Positions 35,837 to 49,600 of a stretch of 64,000 nt of DNA are shown here, piece by piece. Origin of the DNA: Nemertoderma westbladi. Lineage: Eukaryota; Animalia; Xenacoelomorpha. The notes under the pieces are model-generated. The model was given only the letters and a program-made list of their open reading frames with translations, did not search any database and was not told the DNA's origin. How positions within the stretch are numbered: the first letter of the stretch is position 1; every line of letters begins with the position of its first letter. The translations under genes and the position numbers were made by a program. The stretch spans positions 42,286-106,285 of the forward strand of contig JAUCBJ010009137.1 in assembly GCA_032718475.1 (NCBI GenBank), read 5' to 3'.

Positions 35837-37561
35837 ACTATCCTCACTATAGACTGGGATTTGTTGCGTCGGAATATATCATTGGGGGTAACGGCCCCCT
35901 CCATATTTCCGTGTCGCACGACCTGTTCTCGTCCAGGGGGTTCGGTGTTCTCGTTGCTGTTCGAGTATATTGTTGATATTGTAATGGGGGAATGTCACCC
36001 TGTCCCCCCCCCCACCGGTATGTTTGGTACTGGGGTTGATGTTAATATATTGGGGCCCATACATCTATCAGCAATAACTCTCCCCTCCCCTGGATATATG
36101 TTATGTCCCTGTGTATTATTGTCATGCTGCTGTGCCGGTACCGATATAGGCCTATCTACTTCTCGCCTACCTACCGGTATGTACTCCGCGACTTCCGGGT
36201 TTAATCCCGTCGTCCGCGCTACCCTATCGCCTACTCTATCTCTCCCAGCATGGCCTATAATAGTATGTGCAGTAAGGCCTACAGTATGTCCTGCAGTCTG
36301 CATGTGCCCTTCCGAACCGAAGTTTATTCTTCACGAATCTTGAATCTCCCCGCGACTACCGTACTCTCGATCGGCAGCTATATCCCGTCGGGAAGTTTCT
36401 CTTCGATCCCCTCTCCTGCTCTCATCTTCGTATCGGTACATCCGGTACCGCTCTCCTGGCGTGCGGTGCGTTTCTCCGGGGCGACGGCAATCTCCCGAAG
36501 TTCAACCCCACTGACTCCCTAACCCCATCTCTACTATCGACGGCTCGCTATCCGTCCTCGCTCTCCGGTTGCTCCTAGCAACGACTCTTCTATTATCTTC
36601 ACTTCTTCTCTCTTCGACCTCTCGGCTAAACTCTACTAATCTTCTTCTATCTTCGACCTCTCTATTAAACTCTACTAATCTTCTCTCTTCTGACTGGGCT
36701 CGACGTTCCGTCGCCCGCCCTCTCGCGACGTCAACCTGTCTCTATCTGCTCGATCGCACGCCGCTGGGGATACTCGCAATCCCCCTATTATTCTCCATCG
36801 CCGGGTGTTGCGGTTTACCTAATTCGGCCCGCGCATTATCCGCCGACGCCTGTGGGACACTCTCTGCCCCCCCCCCCCCTCTCGCTACTAATCTCTCGTG
36901 GTGGGGCGCCCGTAGCCCCCCCCCCCCCCCCCCCACCCGCCACTTCTAACTTCACTATCTCTTACTACACTTCTGCGTCCCTCTTGTCGGACATTCTCTA
37001 CCTCCCCCCTCTCGCCACTAATCTTCCGTGGTGGGGCGCCCATAGCCCCCCCCCCCCCCCCCCGCTACTTCTAACTTCACTACCTCCTACTACACCTCTA
37101 CACCCCTCTTGTGGGACATTCTCTCCCCCCCCCCCCCCTCTCTCGCCACTAATCTTCAGTGGTGGGGCGCCTGTAGCCCCCCCCCCACTCGCCACATCTA
37201 ACTTCACTATCTCTTACTTCGCTTCTACACCCCTCTCTAGTCGACGCACTAACCCTACTGCGGCTGGGTCTATTCACCCCCGCCTCTCTCTCTACTACTG
37301 CGTGGCCTATCAGGCCCACCTCGGGTTGGCTCAACCCCGCTACCTCCTGCCTACCAACTACGTGGCCTACCAGGCCGCCGTCGGGTTGGCTCAACCCCGC
37401 CACTTCCTGCCTACTAACTACGTGGCCTACCAGGCCGCCGTCTGCCGGGCTATACACGTCTGACACGTTCACATTAATAGCACCATTCCCAATATTATTT
37501 GTTAAATCAATTAAATCATTAGAATTATTAGAATTTGAAACGGGATTATTATTTAAATTAT

Positions 37562-38479
37562 TTAAATTAGAATTTTATTATTTTCTAAATTTAAATTATT
37601 ATTCGAATTATTTTGCGCGTTTGAATTGAAATTATTATTTAGATTATTTGTATTTAAATTTAAATTACCGGGTAAAATATTTCCTGTAATAAAGGGATTA
37701 GGGTTACCTACTACGGTACTATTAATACCAACATTTCCTAATGTACTACTACTACCCCCCTCGCCCGTACGGCTACTAGGCGTACTGTACGTGTACCGCA
37801 CGCTCTGTTCTCTTGCCTCACGCTCTTTGCGTTCACTCTCTTGCTCCTTCCCTCCCCTCATTATCCACTCTAATTCTTCCATTCCTAATTTATATGCCAG
37901 ATTTATCTTCCGCATCCGCCTTTCTTTTGCGGAGGATGTAGCAGACTTATCGGTTGTGACGGATTCCCTCCGTCTTCCCGTCCTACTAACTTTCCCCCGC
38001 CTCCCGGAACTTCCTCCGACCGACGAGACCGAATCCTCGGGGTTAACCTCGGATTCGCCCTCCTGCGGTCTCCTCCAACCCACTAATTTTACTTCCCAGG
38101 CATCGACTGAGTATGGCCCTATGTACACTGCACCAGGCCCCATACCCCTACGTTCCCATAGCCCAAACAGTTCGAAGGCAACCCCTCTCGCTCTCTCCCT
38201 GGCTAGTTCTCCCTGCCCAGAACGCACTAGGTAATCAAAGTATCTGTTCGACTCACCTAGTCGCCTTTTCAACTTCACCTGGTCTATCTCGGCCCCTCCT
38301 CTAGCTTCTTTCAGTTGTTCCCGGGTCGCGGCGTAGGCTCGTCGGAGCCGGACGACCCCGACGTCCTCGTCGCCGACATCTCCTCTCTCCCTCCGGGTCC
38401 GGCGTCGTACCGGCGGCCTCCACCGTTGCCGTTCCGGTGGGCCGTCCGTCGCCCTCGGCCTGTGGCTGGCCGGCGACAT
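37562..38479 (-). pseudogene. BEL-2 gag N-terminal fragment
   Basis: EVNPEDSVSSV..SATSSAKERR; homologous to 28324-28986. Confidence 0.65.
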
Positions 38480-38728
38480 CGGTACGTCGACCGCCGCTCG
38501 TGTGTCGACTCGTCTCTCCCCTCCCGACTCGTCCTCTCCGTTGTAGACGGCCCCCCTCCTCTTCGGTTGCCGGGTCGCCCGTTATCGATGGGTCCGGCGT
38601 CGTGGGTCATACCGTCTCGTCGCGGCCTCGCGGATCGTTAGATCGCCGTCCGGGGTCCGCGGCGGTGTCATCTATCTCTTCTCTACTCATCTCTATTTAC
38701 TCGGCGTCACACGTTCACGTGTTAGCAC

Positions 38729-39287
38729 TGTGACAGGATCCGAGGACCCGGTTTATCAGGATCTACTACGCGTCCCCGCCGTGAGTGATGATTGGTTGAT
38801 CTGATATAATATAGTAGGATAAGCACAGACAGTTAATGCAGCATTGAATTAGTACAGTATAATAAGATAGGTGGATAGAGTGGCGGCAGTGGATGTTATA
38901 GAAATCACCGCTCTGCCCTAACTAACCGACTAACGAAGAGTAACTGAGATAACATGATACACATGGTAATATATATTGCACGGTTGGCGCATGTGGCGCT
39001 ACTCAGCCGATGCCTTCCCCCCATTGGCTAATAACCCTATTTCACACCCTCTGCCCTGCGGGGGTGTTTCCCCCCCCCCCCCACCCCCCCCGCTGCTGTT
39101 ACTTTCCTCTCTCTCAGGGGTGTAACCCCTGACCCCTATTGTGCGTGTGTTCTCTGGGGCCTATTGTCCCCGTTTACTGGGGTGACACGAGGTTGATTGG
39201 TAATCAACCTCGTGCTCCCAATATTGCTTAGAGGCGCTCTTTCCCACTTTATGGGGGTTTGGTGAGGCGGAATTGAATACGCTCACA
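38729..39287 (-). repeat. 5' LTR of BEL-2
   Basis: TGTGACAGGATCC...GAATACGCTCACA. Confidence 0.88.
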
Positions 39288-40312
39288 TAGATGCTCTGAC
39301 ACTCTGACCTTATAGTGGCGTATTGATTTGCCAAAATAAGTGGCCGCACAGCCACTGCACTTAAATTTATAAATGGTCAGGGGACAGAGCTCTGAGGGTA
39401 ATTTATCTTTAAACGGGAAAAAGCTACTTAAGCGACAGGAGGAAAGGGAGATAATTCTCAGTTCAACTGATGGGAAAGCCTTAGATATAATACGGAGTCG
39501 TTTATAAAGTAAATGTGACTGGGCACCCAAATATGGCAAGCACAACAGCACGCGTTTCTTGGGTACTGTAGTAACTAGAGGTTTAACAGGCCCAACTAAT
39601 TTAATAAGGGTGTCTCCAATAAGATCCCGGACAAAATCTACGGGAAATCCATTACGGCATAGTAGGTCAGTTAAATGGGATAGCTCGATATTACACTTTG
39701 TCCAGGTTGAACAAATACTAAAAACCCGAAAAACTAGTGTGCTAACTAGAGCTATCTTATATTTTAGTGGTATAAAACTATCAAATAGTGAATATAAACC
39801 TGTGAAAGTCGGTTTCCGATAAACAGATGTGTGAAAGTGGTTGTCAATTCTGGTAATGAGGATATCCTGAAAAGACAATTTTCCATCAATTTTGAATTCT
39901 GCAGTGAATTGAATGTTTTTATGTTTGGTGTTAATATAATTCAAAAAATCAATAGCCTGTGACTTTGATTGAAATACACAAAAAATATCATCCACGTATC
40001 GTGAGTAATATTTAGGTTTTATCCGAGGTGGACAATTATCAAGCCAATGGGTTTCGTGATAACACATGAAAGCATTTGCGAAGGTTGGCCCGAGTGGACT
40101 TCCCATCGCAACGCCTTCAATCTGTTTATATTTAACACCATTAAATATAAATTCTATGTCCTTGGAGCAAAACTCCAAGAGGCGCTTGAATTCGCTGCGG
40201 GACAAACCACCCAGATGTGTGCAGCCATCACAAAATAGTTTATCTAATATTATCGTTATAGTCTCAGAAACTGGCACATTCGTAAACAGGCTTTTAACAT
40301 CAAAGCTAACCA
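39288..40312 (-). pseudogene. 5'-truncated Poseidon PLE RT/GIY-YIG segment, continues at 32700
   Basis: ORF 39249-40313 from SFDVKSLFTNVP to KVRVSEHL in one frame; the next residues LGLSPRTGK are in ORF 32438-32725. Confidence 0.9.
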
Positions 40313-42584
<2,272 letters not shown>

Positions 42585-43617
42585 AATATCTCACTCTGCT
42601 AATGTAAGCTGAATGACTTTAGTACACAGTGTGTTGGCTACATTAATGCCAACATTATTGCAAAATGTTTTATTGTTGGATTACTCTCTGTCAGACTCCC
42701 CTTCAGAACATTGTATAGGGAATTTACTTTAGTTTACTCTACTGTGCCATTCAGCTGAATGGATTTGAGCGATTGCCAAGTTACAGAGTTGGATCATTCT
42801 CTGACCATAGGCAAAGACATCAAATCTTTTTAAAAGGATACTTTTTCCATGTTTTTTTTTTCTGACCAAAAATTTCAAAAATAATTTTTTCGTAACCAGT
42901 ACTGTCAATCGATTCGCCATCAAAAATAACGCAAAAAAATTATTTTCCAAAATTTTAAATTACTGTAAATTTTTGGCGACTGGGGGGGGTCAATTTTTTT
43001 TCGATCCGCTATAACTCCGGAACGCTTTGTCCAAATTCGATTGGGTTTTTATTTTTCAACTTAATTCGATGTCCTCTTTCAGCCTATCCATGTTTCGAAA
43101 CCCCAAACAGCGCCGTTCAAAAATTAATTTTTTCTAGTTCTAGAATTTTACAAATTTCAAAAAAGTTGCAGTATTTTATTAACGCCTTTACGTAATTCGA
43201 TAGCGTTTTCGATTTTTATATTAAACGCAATATCCTGAATCTCACTAGCCTAGTTTCGCGTCACCAATGCCAAGATTTCATACTTTTTGAGGAAAATTTT
43301 TCTAGAATAATTTTTATTTAATTACATTTATCGCGATTTCTTATTACTGGTTGCACATGAATTGATGGAGTTTTCAATTTATTAACTAAACACGATATCG
43401 CGCATCACACCAGCGAGGTTTCGAAATTCCAAAACGAGGTCTTCACTAGTTGCAGGTCGATTTTGTTCTAGAATTGAGCAACTAATAATAGATCGAATTT
43501 ATTAATAATTATTGTATGAAATATGATTGTATTTTTACATAATTATTAGTTCTATACTAATTCTCGTTGTCTCTTTTATTAGGAACCGAGAGGTTCATTA
43601 CTGTAAGAATTGCTCGA

Positions 43618-43652
<35 letters not shown>

Positions 43653-46600
43653 TGATCTACAGCCAAAACTACTCTAACGATTTTGATGAAATTTTCACAG
43701 CGGCTAGATACCGCGATTCTAAGGTCCCTGGTATGTTCCGCTATTTCGTCCATGAGCCGTGGGCTCGAAAAATAGACATAAACGAAAAAACGCCATAGGC
43801 GCAATGGTAAAATAACACCCATGACAGCTGGTGTCCTGATGAAAAATGGCTTATGTAATGCATTTCTACACAAGGCTTAGTATAAATCGATGAGGTTGCC
43901 AAGATTATTATACTCAGTACACCCATACTGTTTGTATAGGCCACCACTCTCTGTCAAAGCAAACATTAACTCGTTGGTTTAGTTTGAAATCTAATATCGC
44001 CTCAGCTGAATTACTCTTCCCAATGCGTTCTATGCGAATATCTCACTCTGCTAATGTAAGCTGAATGACTTAAGTACACAGTGCGTTGGCTACATTAATG
44101 CCAACATTATTGCAAAATGTTTTATTGTTGGAATACTCTCTGTCAGTATCCCCTTCAGAACATTGTATAGGGAATTTACTTTAGTTTACTCTACTGTGCC
44201 ATTCAGCTGAATGGATTTGAGCGATTGCCAAGTACAGAGTTGGATCATTCTCTGACCATAGGCAAAGACGTCAAATCTTTTTAAAAATATACTTTTTCCA
44301 TGTTTTTTTTTCTGACCAAAAATTTCAAAAAAAAATTTTCGTAGCAAGTACTGCCAATCGATTCGCCATCAAAAATAACGCAAAAAATTTATTTTGCAAA
44401 ATTTTAAATTACTGTAAATTTTTGGCGACTGGGGGGGGTAAATATTTTTCGATCCGCTATAACTCCTGAACGCTTTGTCCAATTCGATGGGGTTTTCATT
44501 TTTAAACTTAATTCGATGTCCTCTTTCAGCCTATCCATGTTTCGAAACCCCAAACAGCGCCGTTCAAAAATTATTTTTTTCTAGTTCTAGAATTTTATAA
44601 ATTTCAAAAAAGTTGCAGTATTTTATTAACGCCTTTACGGAATTCGATAGCGTTTTCGATTTTTATATTAAACGCAATATCCTGAATCTCACTAGCCTAG
44701 TTTCGCGTCACCAATGCCAAGATTTCATACTTTTGAAGAAAATTTTTCTAGAATAATTTTTATTTAATTACATTTATAGCGATTTCTTATTACTGATTGC
44801 ACATGAATTGATGGAGTTTTCAATTAATTAACTAAACACGATATCGCGCATCGCACCAGCGTGGTTTCGAAATTCCAAAACGAGGTCTTCACTAGTTGCA
44901 GGTCGATTTTGTTCTAGAATTGAGCAACTAATAATAGATCGAATTTATTAATAATTATTGTATGAAATATGATTGTATTTTTAGATAATTATTAGTTCTA
45001 TACTAATTCTCGTTGTCTCTTTTATTTTATTTAAAATAAAAAGTCGGTTCCTTATCGGGCCGCTAGGCCCGTCACTAGTTTAAAATTAGGAACCGAGAGG
45101 TTCATTACTGTAAGAATTGTTGGCTGATTGATTGACTGGCTGACTGGCTGGCTGGCTAATCTATAGCCAAAACTACTCTAACGATTTTGATGAAATTTTC
45201 ACAGCGGCTAGATACCGCGATTCTAAGGTCCCTGGTATGTTCCGCTATTTCGTCCATGAGCCGTGGGCTCGAAAAATATACATAAACGAAAAAACGCCAT
45301 AGGCGCAATGGTAAAATAACACCAATAACAGCTGGTGTCGTGATGAAAAATGGCTTATGTAATGCATTTCTACAGAAGGCTTAGTAATAAATCGATGAGG
45401 TTGCCAAGATCATTATACTCAGTACACCCATACTGTTTGTATAGGCCACCACTCTCTGTCAAAGCAAACATTAACTGGTTGGTTTAGTTTGAAATCTTAT
45501 ATCGCCTCAGCTGAATTACTCTTCCCAATGCGCACTCTATGGGAATATCTCCCTCTGCTAATGTAAGCTGAATGACTTAAATACATAGTGTGTTGGCTAC
45601 ATTAATGCCAACATTATTGCAAAATGTTTTATTGTTGGATTACTCTCTGTCAGTCTCCCCTTCAGAACATTGTATAGGGAATTTACTTTAGTTTACTCTA
45701 CTGTGCCATTCAGCTGAATGGATTTGAGCGATTGCCAAGTTACAGAGTTGGATCATTCTCTGACCATAGGCAAAGACATCAAATCTTTTTAAAAAGATAC
45801 TTTTTCCATGTTTTTTTTTCTGACCAAAAATTTCAAAAAAAATTTTTTGTAGCCAGTACTGCCAATCGATTCGCCATCAAAAATAACGCAAAAATTTTTT
45901 TTTGCAAAATTTTAAATTACTGTAAATTTTTGGCGACTGGGGGGGGGTAAATTTTTTTCGATCCGCTATAACTCCGGAACGCTTTGTCCAAATTCGATGG
46001 GGTTTTTATTTTTCAACTTAATTCGATGTCCTCTTTCAGCCTATCCATTTTTCGAAACCCCAAACAGCACCGTTGAAAAATTAATTTTTTCTAGTTCTAG
46101 AATTTTACAAATTTCAAAAGAGTTGCAGTATTTTATTAACGCCTTTACCGAATTCGATAGCGTTTTCGATTTTTATATTAAACGCAATATCCTGAATCTC
46201 ACTAGCCTAGTTTCGCGTCACCAATGCCAAGACTTCGTACTTTTTGAGGAAAATTTTTCTAGAATAATGTTTATTTAATTACATTTATCGCGATTTCTTA
46301 TTACTGGTTGCACATGAATTGATGGAGTTTTCAATTTATTAACTAAACACGATATCGCGCATCGCACCAGCATGGTTTCGAAATTCCAAAACGAGATCTT
46401 CACTGGTTGCAGGTCGATTTTGTTCTAGAATTGAGCAACTAATAATAGATCGAATTTATTAATAATTATTGTATGAAATATGATTGTATTTTTACATAAT
46501 TATTAGTTCTATACTAATTCTCGTTGTCTCTTTTATTATTTAAAATAAAAAGTCGGTTCCTTATCGGGCCGCTTGGCCCGTCACTAGTTAGCAAGTCGTT

Positions 46601-49600
46601 AGACTTGATTACTGTAAGAATTGTTGACTGACTGGCTCGCTGGCTGACTGACTGGCTGACTGACTGATCTACAGCCAAAACTACTCTAACGATTTTGATG
46701 AAATTTTCACAGCATCTAGATACCGCGATTCTAAGGTCCCTGGCATGATCGGCTACTCCATCCATAGCCTCTGGGCTTGAAAAATAGAGATAAACGAAAA
46801 AAACGCCATAGGCGCAATGGTAAAATAACACCCATGACAGCTGGTGTCCTGATGAAAAATGGCATATGTAATGGATTTCTACACAAGGCTTAGTATAAAT
46901 CGATGAGGTTGCCAAGATTATTATACTTAGTACACCCATACTGTTTGTTTAGGCCCTACCAACCATTCTCTGGCAAAGCAAACATTAACTGGTTGGTTTG
47001 CTATTCTATAGGGAGCCACCTAACAAGGAAGTACATACAGTGCCAACTTTATAATCATTCACTGGGTTAGCCGGCTATTACAGCCTCAGCTGAATAACTC
47101 TTCCCATGCTTTCTATGGCGATCTACAAGGTTACTCTCTCTTCTATGTTAATTGACGTGTAAGCTGATTGACAGTTAGTTACACAGTGTGTTGGGTACTA
47201 TTGGATTGCACTGTATTTATAATAATAATTGTTTTATTTTTAAATCTTTCGGCCAACATTAATTCTGTGGAGGCAGTATGCTTATAAGGTGGAATGTTTA
47301 CTCAGCCTCATACTGATACTCTGTAAGGCTAACACTAACATTATAGTTTGAAATATATATATCACTGCTTATTATCTGTATCAGGTTACACACTGTGGCA
47401 TTCTAAATGTTTTATACTGTAGGTGATTGACATTAGTGCAAGCTGAATGACTGTTAGTTCCTTCAGACCATAAGCAAACATTGTTGAGGTAATTTAGTTT
47501 AGTTCACTCTACTGTGCCATTCAACTGAATGAATTTGAGCAATTGCCAAATTACAGAGTGGGATCTCTCTCTGACCATAGGTAAATAGCACTTCCATTCT
47601 GACCATAGGTAAACATTGTTGAGGGAATTTACATTTGATTGATGACTTCCGACTTGCTTAACGGTGTCTTGACGCCGTCTCTAGTTAGGAACCGAGAGGT
47701 TCATTACTGTAAGAATTGCTCGTGGCTGGCTGACTGACTGGCTGGCTGACTGACTGATCTACAACCAAATCTACTCTAACGATTTTAATGCAATTTTCAC
47801 AGCGGCTTGTTACCGCGATTCTAAGGTCCCTGGTATGTTCCGCTATTTCGTCCATGAGCCATGGGCTCGAAAAATAGACATAAACGAAAAAACGCCATGG
47901 GCGCATTGGTAAAATAACACCAATAACAGCTGGTGTCGTGATGAAAAATGGCTTATGTAATGCATTTCTACAGAAGGCTTAGTAATAAATCGATGAGGTT
48001 GCCAAGATCATTATACTCAGTACACCCATACTGTTTGTATAGGCCACCACTCTCTGTCAAAGCAAACATTAACTGGTTGGTTTAGTTTGAAATCTTATAT
48101 CGCCTCAGCTGAATTACTCTTCCCAATGCAATCTATGGGAATATCTCACTCTGCTAATATAAGCTGAATGACTGTTAAGTACACAGTGAGTTGGCTACAT
48201 TAATGCCAACATTATTGCAAAATGTTTTATTGTTGGATTACTCTCTGTCAGTCTGCCCTTCAGAACATTGTATAGGGAATTTACTTTTGTTTACTCTACT
48301 GTGCCATTCAGCTGAATGGATTTGAGTGATTGCCAAATTACAGAGTTGGATCATTCTCTGACCATAGATAGGCAAATACATCAAATCTTTTTAAAAAGAT
48401 ACTTTTTCCATGTTTTTTTTTCTGACCAAAAATTTCAAAAAATTTTTTTTCGTAGCCAGTACTGCCAATCATTCGCCATCAAAAATAACGCAAAAATTTT
48501 TTTTTGCAAAATTTTAAATTACTGTAAATTTTTGGCGACTGGGGGGGGGGGGGGGGGTCAGTTTTTTTCGATCCGCTATAACTCCGGAACGCTTTGTCCA
48601 AATTCGATGGGGTTTTTATTTTTCAACTTCATTCGATGTGTTTCAAAACCCCAAACAGCGCCGTTCAAAAATTAATTTTTTTTAGTTCTAAAATTTTACA
48701 AATTTCAAAAAAATTGCAGTATTTTATTAACGCCTTTACGGAATTCGATAGCGTTTTCGATTTTTATATTAAACGCAATATCCTGAATCTCACTAGCCTA
48801 GTTTCGCGTCACCAATGCCAAGACTTCATACTTTTTGAGGAAAATTTTTCTAGAATAATTTTTATTTAATTACATTTATAGCGATTTCTTATTACTGGTT
48901 GCACATGAATTGATGGAGTTTTCAATTTAGTAACTAAACGCGATATCGCGCATCGCACAAGCGAAGTTTCGAAATTCCAAAACGAGGTCTTCACTAGTTG
49001 CAGGTCGATTTTGTTCTAGAATTGAGCAACTAATAATAGATCGAATTTATTAATAAGTGTTGTATGAAATATGATTGTATTTTTACATAATTATTAGTTC
49101 TATACTAATTCTCGTTGTCTCTTTTATTTAAAATAAAAAGTCGGTTCCTTATCGGGCCGCTAGGCCCGTCACTAGTTAGGAACCGAGAGGTTCATTACTG
49201 TAAGAATTGCTCGTGACTGACTGACTGGCTGGCTGGCTGGCTGACTGACTGATCTACAGCCAAAACTACTCTAACGATTTTGATGAAATTTTCACAGCGG
49301 CTAGATACCGCGATTCTAAGGTCCCTGGTATGTTCCGCTATTTCGTCCATGAGCCGTGGGCTCGAAAAATAGACATAAACGAAAAAACGCCATAGGCGCA
49401 ATGGTAAAATAACACCAATAACAGCTGGTGTCGTGATGAAAAATGGCTTATGTAATGGATTTCTACACAAAGCTTAGTATAAATCGATGAGGTTGCCAAG
49501 ATTATTGTACTCAGTACACCCATACTGTTTGTTTAGGCCCTAGGACACTCTGTCAAAGCAAATATTAACTGGTTGGTTTAGTTTGAAATCTATTATCGCC

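Larger units (their letters stand above)
32701..39287 (-). mobile_element. Non-autonomous BEL/Pao-type LTR retrotransposon (BEL-2), two LTRs, gag relic only
   Basis: TGTGA...TCACA termini; 5-bp TSD TAGAT (32696-32700, 39288-39292); polypurine tract ATGGGGGGAG on the minus strand (33276-33285); gag motifs; no PR/RT/RH/IN motifs seen. Confidence 0.9.
29524..40312 (-). mobile_element. Penelope/Poseidon-type PLE, partial tandem (5'-truncated copy + full unit), interrupted by BEL-2 at 32701-39287
   Basis: 29539-30002 repeated at 32237-32700; 30003-31026 repeated at 39293-40312; RT and GIY-YIG motifs; hammerheads in both repeats. Confidence 0.92.

Noticed and set aside
24278-38733. Many plus-strand ORFs in the BEL, RTE and PLE regions
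   Set aside because: Antisense shadows of minus-strand coding or GC-rich low-complexity sequence.
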